From assembly GCA_965197585.1 (NCBI GenBank), contig OZ240215.1, positions 3,200,001 through 3,264,000 on the forward strand: a stretch of DNA of 64,000 nucleotides, read 5' to 3'. Source of the DNA: Dehalococcoidia bacterium (GTDB lineage Bacteria; Chloroflexota; Dehalococcoidia; Plut-88900). The notes under the pieces are model-generated. The model was given only the letters and a program-made list of their open reading frames with translations, did not search any database and was not told where the DNA came from. Below, in pieces: positions 47,657 to 56,601 of this stretch. Positions within the stretch are counted from its first letter, which is position 1. Each line of letters begins with the position of its first letter. A program made the position numbers and the translations under genes.

Positions 47657-48253
47657 TTGCTCTTAGCCACCTCGAACCGAGGCAAGGTTCGTGAGTTGCG
47701 GAAATTGCTTGCCGGATCAGGACTTACCTTGGTTACCCCCTCGGATCTGGGTATTTCACTGGATGTCGAGGAGACCGGCGACACCTACGAAGAGAATGCC
47801 GCCATCAAGGCCAGGGCCTTCGCGTCTGCATCGGGACTCTTGACCTTGGCCGACGACTCAGGCTTGGAAGTCGACGCCCTTGGCGGAGCCCCCGGGGTAC
47901 GGTCTGCCCGCTATTCAACCACCGGCTCCGATGGCGATAACGTAGACCTCCTCTTGAATAACCTGAGCGGCGTTCCGGACGATCTCCGCACTGCCCGGTT
48001 CGTCTGTGTGGTGGCTATCGCCGGTCCGTCAGAGGAAATTGAGTTCCGCCGAGGCGAATGCGAAGGCTCAATAACGAGGGAAAGGCGAGGTGAGGATGGA
48101 TTCGGATATGACCCCGTTTTCCTGCTTACCGGCCGGGACGTGACTATGGCGCAACTACCGATGGAAGAGAAGAACCGCATCAGCCATCGCGCCCGAGCAG
48201 TGAGGAAGGCCATTCCCCTGATCAAGCGCCGGCTAGGAGAGACGGGACTTTAA
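47657..48253 (+). CDS. rdgB: Non-canonical purine NTP pyrophosphatase (RdgB/HAM1)
   Basis: ATSNRGK, ADDSGL, PGVRSAR, GFGYDP, KNRISHR. Confidence 0.94.
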   Translation: MLLATSNRGKVRELRKLLAGSGLTLVTPSDLGISLDVEETGDTYEENAAIKARAFASASGLLTLADDSGLEVDALGGAPGVRSARYSTTGSDGDNVDLLLNNLSGVPDDLRTARFVCVVAIAGPSEEIEFRRGECEGSITRERRGEDGFGYDPVFLLTGRDVTMAQLPMEEKNRISHRARAVRKAIPLIKRRLGETGL

Positions 48254-48272
48254 CAGGTAGGAAGAGAGGATC

Positions 48273-48749
48273 ATGGAAGGACTGAGCCACGTCGACGAAC
48301 AGGGCCGCGCCAGGATGGTGGACGTAAGCGCCAAGGCGGACACGGAACGCGAAGCCGTGGCCCGTGGCCTCGTCCTAATGAAACCCGAAACACTTAAGCT
48401 CGTCTCCGAAGGCGGAATCTCCAAGGGCGAGGTCCTTTCCGTGGCCCGGGTCGCAGGGATCATGGCGGCCAAACATACTCCCAGCTTGGTGCCCATGTGC
48501 CACCCTCTTCTGCTTACCCACGTAGAGGTTGACCTCCGCCTCGACACCGATATCAGCGCCATCGAGATCACTGCTACTGTCAGGACCACGGGCAAGACGG
48601 GCGTCGAGATGGAGGCCCTGACCGCCGTCACGGGCAGCGCCCTCACCATCTACGACATGTGCAAGGCCGTCGACAAGGCCATGCGAATCGAGAAAGTGAG
48701 GCTCGTGCGCAAAACTGGAGGCAAATCGGGGGACATAATTCTGGAGTGA
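48273..48749 (+). CDS. moaC: Cyclic pyranopterin monophosphate synthase
   Basis: [37 protein letters not shown]. Confidence 0.97.
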   Translation: MEGLSHVDEQGRARMVDVSAKADTEREAVARGLVLMKPETLKLVSEGGISKGEVLSVARVAGIMAAKHTPSLVPMCHPLLLTHVEVDLRLDTDISAIEITATVRTTGKTGVEMEALTAVTGSALTIYDMCKAVDKAMRIEKVRLVRKTGGKSGDIILE

Positions 48750-48893
48750 CGCCTCTCCTATCCTTTGGGTTCCTCGAACGATATACTAAATAGAGAACTG
48801 ATAGGCGCGCTCCGAACGATGCTGGCTGAAGACTAGGCTCACCAGGCGACTTCTCGGTCTGCAAGCCCCGATTATTAGACGGGAATAACCCTC

Positions 48894-50498
48894 ATGAAAC
48901 TACATTTCGGCAAGACGATATGGTCTCTTCTAATTGTCCTGGTAATGATAGGGGTTGGGTTGGCCGTGGCCTGTGGCGGAGAGGACACCCCACCCCCCAC
49001 CGACACATCGGTTCCACCAACCGACGTCCCCACGGCCAACCAGGACCCGGAGGCCGACTTCGTATGGCACCCCGACATGGTTCCCGCGGGGGACAACTAC
49101 CAGACTCCCTATAAGTTCTTGGCTATGGCTTCGGACCCCGATGGCGATGAACTCACCTACGAATGGGCCTTCACCGGGGGACGGCCTTCCACGGCGACAG
49201 GGGAAGAGGCGACTACTTACTTCCCCGGTATCGCCGACTATGAGGTGACCTTGACGGTGACCGACGGTCGGGGCGGCGAAGCGGTCGTGACTCACATCGT
49301 GCCTCTCCTCAGGGGTGGCGAGCTTCCCACCCCTCTCCCCATCCCCCCTACTCCCGACCCCAACGTATTGACCAAGTATACGTGGGAATACCTGGAAGTC
49401 GGAGCAGGAGCCAAGCCTGCTCTCGCCTTGAACAGTGAGGGTATCCCGGGCGTCGCCTACATTGAGGAGGAGATCCACGGCGTCATAAGGTACGGTCAGT
49501 GGTGGCCGACCGACGAATGGAATCCTGAGTTCTTCGGCTCGTCCATCGTCGCTGAGGGCTACTTCTATGCCCCTCTCGACTTGGCCTACGGCCCGGACGA
49601 CGCCCCGTACATCACGTGGCACGACCACCAGGACCCCGATAACTTCGTCCCGGAGCTTGGGGATGCTGCCTACGGTTTCTACAAAGACTTCGAATGGGAA
49701 GTCGGGTACGCGTACAGTAGGGGACACGATGGCTGGGACAACTCCATTGCCGTGGACTCCCAGGGCAACGTGCACATGGTCGCCATTGACCCCTACAATT
49801 TCAACAGGACGGAAGGGGTCGAGTACTATTTCTACGATGGGGAAGAGTGGGCCATCGAGTCCATAGGTTCCCCTCCCGTCCCCTACGAGTGGGGAACCGG
49901 CCTCGTCCTCGACTCCCACGACAGCCCCCACGTAACCTTCCACGAGCCTTATGAGGGCGACCTGTTCTACGCCACCAAGGGCGATGAGGGCTGGACCATC
50001 CACACCGTCGAGAGTGAAGGCGACGTCGGCAAGTACGCCTCCCTGGCCCTCGATAGGAACGACATGCCCGTCATTTCCTATATGGAGCTCACCGGCCCCG
50101 AAAAGGGAATAAGCAGTGGTATCATCAAAGTAGCCAGGGCCACCGAGATTACTGACTCGGGCCCCGTGTGGGAGATTGACGAGATCGGTGAGGTGGACGA
50201 CCTGTTCATGGGCTTCCGAGGCGCTCGGCTGATCACTTCCTTGGTCATTGACTCCGCCAACAAACCCATCGTCGCCTACTCTGACCAGAGCACCATATAC
50301 GTTGCCTACCAGGAAGGCGCCACGTGGCAGAACGAGGTAGTCCGCTACCGCGGGGAGTTGCCCTTCGGACAGTTGGTCAGCCTGGCCATCGGCGCTGATG
50401 ACACGCTTCATCTGGCCTTCACAGAGGTATCCAGAAGAGATTTTCCGGGCGTGTTCGGCACCGTCATGTACGGACGGGGCACGCCCCAGGAGTTCTGA
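48894..50498 (+). CDS. Lipoprotein with a PKD-like domain and an acidic beta-propeller-like region
   Basis: LAVAC lipobox; DPDGDELTYEW...VTLTVTDGRG; repeated S(I/L)A.D...H(I/V).Y units. Confidence 0.85.
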   Translation: MKLHFGKTIWSLLIVLVMIGVGLAVACGGEDTPPPTDTSVPPTDVPTANQDPEADFVWHPDMVPAGDNYQTPYKFLAMASDPDGDELTYEWAFTGGRPSTATGEEATTYFPGIADYEVTLTVTDGRGGEAVVTHIVPLLRGGELPTPLPIPPTPDPNVLTKYTWEYLEVGAGAKPALALNSEGIPGVAYIEEEIHGVIRYGQWWPTDEWNPEFFGSSIVAEGYFYAPLDLAYGPDDAPYITWHDHQDPDNFVPELGDAAYGFYKDFEWEVGYAYSRGHDGWDNSIAVDSQGNVHMVAIDPYNFNRTEGVEYYFYDGEEWAIESIGSPPVPYEWGTGLVLDSHDSPHVTFHEPYEGDLFYATKGDEGWTIHTVESEGDVGKYASLALDRNDMPVISYMELTGPEKGISSGIIKVARATEITDSGPVWEIDEIGEVDDLFMGFRGARLITSLVIDSANKPIVAYSDQSTIYVAYQEGATWQNEVVRYRGELPFGQLVSLAIGADDTLHLAFTEVSRRDFPGVFGTVMYGRGTPQEF

Positions 50499-50519
50499 CC
50501 GGCCTCAGGCCGGTAGGCG

Positions 50520-50909
50520 TCAGACCCTACCGGATCTGGACAGCAGTTTGCTGACCTCGGACAGGGCGCTGTGGGCGTAGGAGATATACGTCAACGGTGG
50601 CAGGTCCAGCTTCGTCAGCTTCTCCTCCCGCTCCATGTTCGTGGAGAAACCGAAGGGAGAGGGGTTGAAATTGACCTCCAGCTCGTACAAATCCCCGTCC
50701 GGGCAAACAACCACACAGCCTATGTCGCCGGACTGCCCTTGTGGAGGTTCGGCCTCTATGGCCCGGACGGTCAGGCTGCCGTAAAAGGTGGGAAAGGGGT
50801 CCAGCTTGGCCGCCGCATCCTGCAGCAGCTCTTTGAGCCGGGCGGCGGCTTCCTCCAGAGAGGCGTTGGCCTGGTCCATGTAGGTGTCGGAGCCGTATCG
50901 AGAAGTCAT
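50520..50909 (-). CDS. Hypothetical protein
   Basis: ATG start, host-like codon usage, GCVVVCPDG motif; fills the gap between flanking genes. Confidence 0.7.
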   Translation of the reverse strand: MTSRYGSDTYMDQANASLEEAAARLKELLQDAAAKLDPFPTFYGSLTVRAIEAEPPQGQSGDIGCVVVCPDGDLYELEVNFNPSPFGFSTNMEREEKLTKLDLPPLTYISYAHSALSEVSKLLSRSGRV

Positions 50910-51033
50910 GTTAGCGAGGTTCCTGGGAGCGAATTATAGGGAGGCATTGTGAGGGATACAAGGCGGGGAGCGGTTTACCTGAACGCCTTCAAGCCTTAGA
51001 ATGACTTTTAGATGAACAAGGGATAGGACAGAG

Positions 51034-51426
51034 TTGCCTGATATGGAATCACGAAAGCGGAACGGCGGCAGGCCTGCGGACTACATAAGCGATCTCCTGA
51101 GAGGGAGCACGGATTCCCTCTTGATGGCGCTGATCGGTGAATCACCGAAATACGGCTACAGCATCATCAAGGAAATTGAGAAACGCACCGAGGGCGAGCT
51201 CCGCTTCAAGGAAGGCACGCTCTATCCCGCTCTTCACCGGTTGGAGGAGGATGGGCTGATCATGGGAGAATGGGTCTCGGTGAAAGGTATGGAGCGCCGT
51301 TACTATTCGCTCACGGAACGAGGTGCCGAGGTCCTGCAAAACCGTCGCCGGCAATGGCAGCAGTTTTCAAACGCCGTAGACCGCATAATAAGCCCCGCTG
51401 TCCCTGACACACTGCCCAACACTTAG
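51034..51426 (+). CDS. PadR-family transcriptional regulator
   Basis: YGYSI, EGTLYPALHRLE, RRYYSLT.RG. Confidence 0.93.
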   Translation: MPDMESRKRNGGRPADYISDLLRGSTDSLLMALIGESPKYGYSIIKEIEKRTEGELRFKEGTLYPALHRLEEDGLIMGEWVSVKGMERRYYSLTERGAEVLQNRRRQWQQFSNAVDRIISPAVPDTLPNT

Positions 51427-51432
51427 ACGCTT

Positions 51433-52407
51433 ATGCAATCGCCTATCGAGCTTGAACTATATCTGGAAGAGGTCAGGCGCCGCCTGAACTTCGACGCCGA
51501 ACGCTCGGGCCCGATTATCCGTGAGCTCAGGTCCCACCTTCTCGAACGGGCCGAGGACGGCGAAGAGTCCGGCCTCTCTCGTGAAGAGGCTTTGGCCCGT
51601 TCCATCGATTCCTTCGGCAGGCCCAGGGCACTGGCACAGTTGCTCTACGAATCCCACCGCAGATCTTCGTGGTTCGAGTTGGGTGTTTCATCCCTTCCCC
51701 ACCTGATGATTGCTTTCCTCTTCGCCATAGGCGGTTGGGATAATTGGGTATGGGCTCCGTTGCTTATCCTCCCGATGGTACTGGTCACTCTCTACGGCTG
51801 GTGGCAGGGCAAACCTGGCTGGCTCTACCCTTGGGCGGGTTGGTCCTTGGTGCCTCTGGCCATCGGCGCATATTTTGCACTGCCGGTGTTCAACCAGATT
51901 TACCGCCTGCTCACTTCCTCGGGCCCGGCGCCCGATTCATGGGCCGTTGCAGGCCTCCTGGCCTATTTGGTGGTGGCGTCATGGATCCTGGTCTCCACAA
52001 CTGTGAGGGTGGCCAAGCGGAACTGGACACTGGCCTCCTTAATGCTCTTGCCCATGCCCGTTATGATCACTTGGTTCGCGTTACAGGAGCGTGTCGGAGG
52101 CCTTTTTGACGGACGGGCACAGGCTCTCCATCAACTTGACGGCACCATGTCTTTGGTCAGTGTCACGTTCGCGTTCGCAACCGCGGGCTTCCTGCTGCTC
52201 CGAGAGAGCAAGTTGAAGATTTTCGGTCTTATGGCCGTGACCTTCTTCGCCGTGACAGCCATCCTCCGAGCTTCGCAAGAAGATATAGATCGGACGTCGA
52301 TGGCGGTGCTGTCAACGGTGGTTTCGGCGCTGCTTCTTACGCCCGCCCTTATAGAGTCCGCCGCCGACATGATCGAGACCCGGCGGCGTGGGGCCCGGGT
52401 CGGTTGA
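51433..52407 (+). CDS. Membrane protein with N-terminal HAAS/permease-prefix domain (PadR partner)
   Basis: YL..V...EL.SHL.E...G.S..EA....FG.P followed by multiple TM segments. Confidence 0.82.
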   Translation: MQSPIELELYLEEVRRRLNFDAERSGPIIRELRSHLLERAEDGEESGLSREEALARSIDSFGRPRALAQLLYESHRRSSWFELGVSSLPHLMIAFLFAIGGWDNWVWAPLLILPMVLVTLYGWWQGKPGWLYPWAGWSLVPLAIGAYFALPVFNQIYRLLTSSGPAPDSWAVAGLLAYLVVASWILVSTTVRVAKRNWTLASLMLLPMPVMITWFALQERVGGLFDGRAQALHQLDGTMSLVSVTFAFATAGFLLLRESKLKIFGLMAVTFFAVTAILRASQEDIDRTSMAVLSTVVSALLLTPALIESAADMIETRRRGARVG

Positions 52408-52438
52408 CCCTGCCTTAGGCTTAGTGGAGTCCTGATCC

Positions 52439-53191
52439 ATGTCACTGGAATTCCAACGTGGAGACCCCGATAATCCTGTGGGTCACGCCATCCTCTATTT
52501 CATAAGCGCCGAGGACGGCGAGTCAGTGCTTGCCACCTATCTCGTGGTGCCGCCTATCAAGATAGAGTTGGCCAAGTACATGCCTCCAATGTTCGCATCC
52601 AACGTTTCCTTTTCTGACGTGGACAGCGTGTCTGCCATTCCCTTGCCGCCAATGCCCGAGCCGGTCGGGAGCGTCCCTTACCTGGAAGCTCTGGCCGACT
52701 CCCGTGGCGATGATCTGACCTTCGGGGGTTCGGTGAACGCTTCTGATGTGGAGAGAATGCTCCACACCACCAGCGAGGCTGCCCAGGACTACCTGCGGCT
52801 CTACAACAGCCGCCCCACACTGCCCGACGCGCTGACCCAGATAGAGAGCCCTTCGGCCTCCGAGGGTTCTATGGATGACCTGTTGATCCCACTGATGTCC
52901 GACAAAGACAAGTTGGGCGAACTCTCCAAACTGACGGGCTCCATGCGCTACGCTGTGGAAGGCAATGACCAGGCCACGGCGGAAGAGTTGAGGTCTCAGA
53001 TGGAGAGCCTTGGCCGGCATCTGGGAGAGAAGTTCAGGATAGAGGATCTGATAAATGCGGCGCTCACGCCGGGATTGCTCGCGAGCAGGCTGTCGGCCCT
53101 CTACACGGAGCGGTGCTACAAGCTATGCGACGAAGACTACATGGAAGTCGCTCGCATAGAAGACGAGATCGAGAAGCTGAACCGCTCCTGA
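52439..53191 (+). CDS. Hypothetical protein with a C-terminal UVR-like coiled coil
   Basis: GGAG RBS; ends EDYMEVARIEDEIEKL. Confidence 0.8.
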   Translation: MSLEFQRGDPDNPVGHAILYFISAEDGESVLATYLVVPPIKIELAKYMPPMFASNVSFSDVDSVSAIPLPPMPEPVGSVPYLEALADSRGDDLTFGGSVNASDVERMLHTTSEAAQDYLRLYNSRPTLPDALTQIESPSASEGSMDDLLIPLMSDKDKLGELSKLTGSMRYAVEGNDQATAEELRSQMESLGRHLGEKFRIEDLINAALTPGLLASRLSALYTERCYKLCDEDYMEVARIEDEIEKLNRS

Positions 53192-53221
53192 CCCCGGCCC
53201 CAGTTCTCCCCACCTCCACCC

Positions 53222-53353
53222 CTCCCGAAGGGAGCCTGTCCGCCTTAGGCGGATCATTCCGGTCCCCGAGAGCCGGAATCCATCCCCGGAGGTGGCCAGG
53301 GCGGGGCGTCCTGTCCCCTCTCCCTCTGATGGGAGAGGGCTAGGGTGAGGGTG
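53222..53353. repeat. Cluster of REP-like palindromes
   Basis: CTCCC-GAA-GGGAG; TCCGCC-TTA-GGCGGA; ATTCCGG...CCGGAAT; CCCTCTCCC-N6-GGGAGAGGG-CTAGGGTGAGGG. Confidence 0.6.
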
Positions 53354-53384
53354 GTCCCACTTGGCCAAATGTGACACGAATCCC

Positions 53385-53414
53385 TTGACAATAATAACAC
53401 GTGTGTTCTATATT
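53385..53414 (+). promoter_or_regulatory. Sigma70-type promoter pointing into a non-coding region
   Basis: TTGACA-N18-TATATT; no credible + strand CDS downstream. Confidence 0.65.
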
Positions 53415-53600
53415 AACTTCCGGCTAGCCTGTCACACACCCAACCCCCAAAGGAGGACCCAACACCCGGGGAACACCACCGGGCCCCCGAGGACTCAACG
53501 TCTAAGCCCATCCCAAAGGGCGGCCCACGCACCGCCCCACGGCTCAAGCGAAAGCCGCCATCTCCTCTCCTAAAGCTCCCGGCTCACCTTTCCCCAACCC

Positions 53601-54078
53601 TGGCGATGGAAGACGCCTTGGATTCGTAAAACTGAAGACTCCACCACCTCTTACCAGGTGGTCGAGAGCAGGTCTTCTCTCTTGTGAGTGAGGAGGTCTG
53701 AAAAGGCCCGACGCCACTGCGCGAAGCGGGCAGGGCGCTCATTAAGCGCTCACGCGGAGGGGCCGGACCGAGCCGAGAAGTCCTCGGTGCCCCCCGTGTC
53801 TAAGTCGTTTCCGCCGTTGCTCCCGGCTCCCGGACGCTTCGGCAATGTTTAAATTACTACTCCTGTGGGGTCTACAGCTGGACCCGGCCCCCTAAGGCTG
53901 CTTTAACGCAGTACAGCCAACCCACGTGTAGGAGCCGTGCCGGACCGCTCGCCCCGGTCGAGTCCGTGCAGCAGTCGAACATATGGGATAGCGGGCCTGT
54001 AGCGTCCCCGCCCCGGGACGCCCGAACCCCCGCTGGATCGCAACAGGGGCATCGTCCAAAGAGCGTATTCCATCGCCA
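53601..54078 (+). ncRNA. Candidate 478-nt structured ncRNA (alternative: MITE)
   Basis: Terminal stem TGGCGATGGAA-G-ACGC / GCGT-A-TTCCATCGCCA; at least 8 internal hairpins including GAAA and UUCG loops. Confidence 0.55.
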
Positions 54079-54131
54079 CCCCACCAACCAAAACCGAAAC
54101 CCCCGACCGACAACTGAATAACCAGAATCTC

Positions 54132-54152
54132 GTAGGGGCGACCGGCTGGTCG
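54132..54152. repeat. GTAG-type REP-like element (partial)
   Basis: GTAGGGG-CGACC-GGCT-GGTCG. Confidence 0.45.
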
Positions 54153-54271
54153 GAGGCGCTCAACCCCCTTTGAAACACACTCCTCATCCGTTGCCTTGAC
54201 CGGCACCGACCCGCGTTTAATCTACGGTAGGGATGACGTGTCTGCGCGGCGAGTGAGGCAGTGAAACCCGT

Positions 54272-54784
54272 CTACTGGGTCATCAGGAAGGCGACAACGG
54301 CGTCGAGTTCTTCTGCGCTTAGGGTTTCGCTGAAGGTCACCGGCATCAGGCTCTCCGGGAACCCCTCAACGATATACGCATTGGTCTCGAGTATCGACTG
54401 CCGTATGTACTCCTCTGCGCTGAGGCCCGCTATTCGGGTCCCGGCTCTTTCGGAGATGCCTTGTAGGCTCGGCCCCAGCCCGACGGTCCCGTCGAGCGAG
54501 TGGCAGGTCGTGCAGGTGATGGGTGATGCGGAGTTGAAGACCCGTTCGCCGTCGCTCCCACCCGTGTCTCCTTCCGAACTGTCGTCCGGAGGTGTGGTGG
54601 GGGGAGCCTCAGCGTCCACGTTCCCTTTCTGCACTGCTGAAAGCACAGGGGTTGCGGTGGGAAACACTGCGGGGTCTCCGGCGCCCCGGTCCCGAGTCGC
54701 TAGTACTGACATCGGCACCGCAACCGCCACTATGACGGCAATTACGCCACCTGCTAACAGTGCTTTCAGCGTTAGGTTAAACAA
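54272..54784 (-). CDS. Membrane-anchored monoheme cytochrome c
   Basis: N-terminal TM helix, P/T linker, CTTCH, GPSL.G, distal Met in LMP. Confidence 0.9.
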   Translation of the reverse strand: MFNLTLKALLAGGVIAVIVAVAVPMSVLATRDRGAGDPAVFPTATPVLSAVQKGNVDAEAPPTTPPDDSSEGDTGGSDGERVFNSASPITCTTCHSLDGTVGLGPSLQGISERAGTRIAGLSAEEYIRQSILETNAYIVEGFPESLMPVTFSETLSAEELDAVVAFLMTQ

Positions 54785-54856
54785 CTCTTGTCTGTGTCCT
54801 ATGGGTCCTCGGCGAGAACGGCTAAAAGCCTAAATCATGCCACTTAATAAGTCAAT

Positions 54857-54874
54857 GAGTGAAATATAGCACAA
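54857..54874. promoter_or_regulatory. Rex-like operator upstream of the cytochrome c gene
   Basis: TTGTGCT-ATAT-TTCACTC on the minus strand, compared with Rex consensus TTGTGAA-N4-TTCACAA. Confidence 0.45.
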
Positions 54875-54932
54875 ATGGCGAATTTGCCGACCCCTCTGTT
54901 AGCTCAATTCGAAGAACCGTGTGCCCAGCGCC

Positions 54933-55667
54933 TCAACTCGATAGGGCCTCGATGTCCGCAATGACTTCGTCCCGGTCAAGGAAGACGGTGAGATAGTATT
55001 GACGAATGTTCCCCTCGGCATCGACCAGGACGAACACGTTCTGGTGGTCGAAATCGACCGAGCCATCGATCTCTAGGAAATCGGACACCGAGTCCGCACC
55101 GAGATAGTCGGAGAGCGTAGGGTCGTCGGCATTCTCCTCTAATGGTGGTGCCAATTCCTCCATCAGCCCCGAGGCTCCGCCATGATCCGGTGTAAATGGA
55201 CGATAAGACACCCCGAAACCGCGAGTTATGACCCTTTCCAGCTCTTCCGGGGAACCCGTTAGGAAGTGCCATTCGCCATCCTTGGCCCCGAACAGCTGGG
55301 CGTATTCGTTCAGCCTGTCCGGGGTATCCCGTTCGTGGTCGAATGAAATGGAGACCATCTTCACGCTTTCACCGAGCAAACCCTCTTCAATCAGCCTGTC
55401 CTGTAGAAGGGCCATTTGCAGAGAGAGGGTAGGGCACGTGTCCTTGCAGTTAGTCCATGTGAAGTTGACCACGTAGGCTTTTCCCTTCAGGTCATCGCTG
55501 TTCAGCGTCTCTCCATTGTGGCTCTGCATCTCCCACGTAGGCGCGGGTATGGATATCCCGGGAGTGGGGGTGGGTTCGGGTGAAGAGCAGGCGGAGAAAA
55601 GGAGCGCAGTAAGTGCCGCGGCGAATACGACCAGCGCTATTAATTTCGGGCTTCGAGGGGTATACAA
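54933..55667 (-). CDS. SCO1/SenC copper chaperone lipoprotein
   Basis: LFSAC lipobox; WTNCKDTCP (CxxxCP); DHQ His ligand. Confidence 0.92.
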   Translation of the reverse strand: MYTPRSPKLIALVVFAAALTALLFSACSSPEPTPTPGISIPAPTWEMQSHNGETLNSDDLKGKAYVVNFTWTNCKDTCPTLSLQMALLQDRLIEEGLLGESVKMVSISFDHERDTPDRLNEYAQLFGAKDGEWHFLTGSPEELERVITRGFGVSYRPFTPDHGGASGLMEELAPPLEENADDPTLSDYLGADSVSDFLEIDGSVDFDHQNVFVLVDAEGNIRQYYLTVFLDRDEVIADIEALSS

Positions 55668-55698
55668 GCCGTGTCCTGCCCGCCAACCGGGCCCCGGG

Positions 55699-56601
55699 TC
55701 AGATGGATATCGTACTGTCGAGCATTATGGCTGTGAATATACCGGCCAGGTAGAGAAGGGAGTAAAGGTACGCCGACTTTGCCCGGCTCGCCTGTTCATC
55801 TCGCCACAGCTTCAGGGCCAGGTAGATCAGGCCCGCTCCCAGGGGTGCGGCTATATAAAGATACAGCCAGTCCACGGCCTGGGTGGTGAAGAAAACCATA
55901 GTGAGAGCTACGACAAGGAAGCTGTACAGCAGGATGTTCCAGGTCGTCTCCTTGACGCCTCGGACAACTGGAAGCATCGGGATGTCGGCGCGGGCGTAAT
56001 CACTCCGTATGAGGAGAGCGAGCGCCCAGAAATGGGCCGGAGTCCAGAAGAATACGATGGCGAAGAGGTAAAGCGCAGGCAGATCCAGCCCTCCGGTGAC
56101 CGCCGCCCACCCGACCATTGGGGGCACGGCGCCCGCGGCCCCGCCGATTACTATGTTCTGTGGGGTGCGCTTCTTCAGATAGGCCGTGTAGACGAGCACG
56201 TAGAATACGGTCGCGCCCAGGGTCAGGCCCGCGCTGAGGACGTTGGCCCACGCGGCCAGCACTCCAAAGGCGATGACGTTGAGAGCTATCCCGAAAGTCA
56301 GAGCCTGCCACGCCAGGATCCGTTGGGAGGCTACCGGCCTTTGGCGCGTGCGAAGCATCTTCTGGTCCGACTGCCGTTCCATGTAGTGGTTCAACGCGTT
56401 TGCCCCACCCGCGGCCAAGGTCCCCCCCGCCAGAACAACTAGTATCAGTTGTCCGGAGGGTATGCCCTGCTCGGCCAGAAACATCCCGCCCAGGGCCGTC
56501 ACCAGGAGAAGCGAGATAATCTTGGGCTTGGTCAGGCTGATGTAGTCTTGGAGCAGTGCAATCACGCTCGGTCCTCTCGCCACTCCCTGCTTAAGCAGCA
56601 T
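55699..56601 (-). CDS. ctaB: Protoheme IX farnesyltransferase (heme O synthase); start taken at ATG 56601
   Basis: LTKPKI, D.KM.RT..RP, LKKRT.QNIVIGG.AG, WTPAHFWAL. Confidence 0.96.
   Translation of the reverse strand: MLLKQGVARGPSVIALLQDYISLTKPKIISLLLVTALGGMFLAEQGIPSGQLILVVLAGGTLAAGGANALNHYMERQSDQKMLRTRQRPVASQRILAWQALTFGIALNVIAFGVLAAWANVLSAGLTLGATVFYVLVYTAYLKKRTPQNIVIGGAAGAVPPMVGWAAVTGGLDLPALYLFAIVFFWTPAHFWALALLIRSDYARADIPMLPVVRGVKETTWNILLYSFLVVALTMVFFTTQAVDWLYLYIAAPLGAGLIYLALKLWRDEQASRAKSAYLYSLLYLAGIFTAIMLDSTISI

Noticed and set aside
48780-48893. Riboswitch (e.g. Moco) between moaC and the PKD lipoprotein gene
   Set aside because: Only short 3-5 bp helices and no recognisable aptamer consensus.
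4878-50411. Long antisense ORFs in the track (e.g. 4878-6098, 21935-22903, 39829-40890, 48930-50411)
   Set aside because: Shadow frames of well-supported genes in GC-rich DNA, with no motifs of their own.
53395-53410. Canonical LexA box in the ncRNA promoter
   Set aside because: ACAC-GTGT-GTTC has two mismatches in the GAAC half-site, so it is not called as a feature.
53601-53646. Fluoride (crcB) riboswitch-like GGCGATGG...CGCC...GACTCC
   Set aside because: The pseudoknot pairing is incomplete (GGAAG vs ACUCC), the AAAC/P2 segment is missing, there is no downstream gene, and the same bases pair better with 54055-54078.
53601-54085. tmRNA, tRNA, RNase P, SRP, group II intron or retron identity for the structured element
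   Set aside because: No T-loop GTTCGA or G3-U70 acceptor, no GAGGAAAGTCC, no SRP GGAA-loop domain, no complete domain V after GAGCCG, and no reverse transcriptase in the window.
53872-54206. Three short overlapping minus-strand ORFs and the 53361-53573 + ORF
   Set aside because: No RBS or recognisable motifs, Arg/Pro/Gly-rich composition, three frames overlapping; better explained as non-coding sequence.
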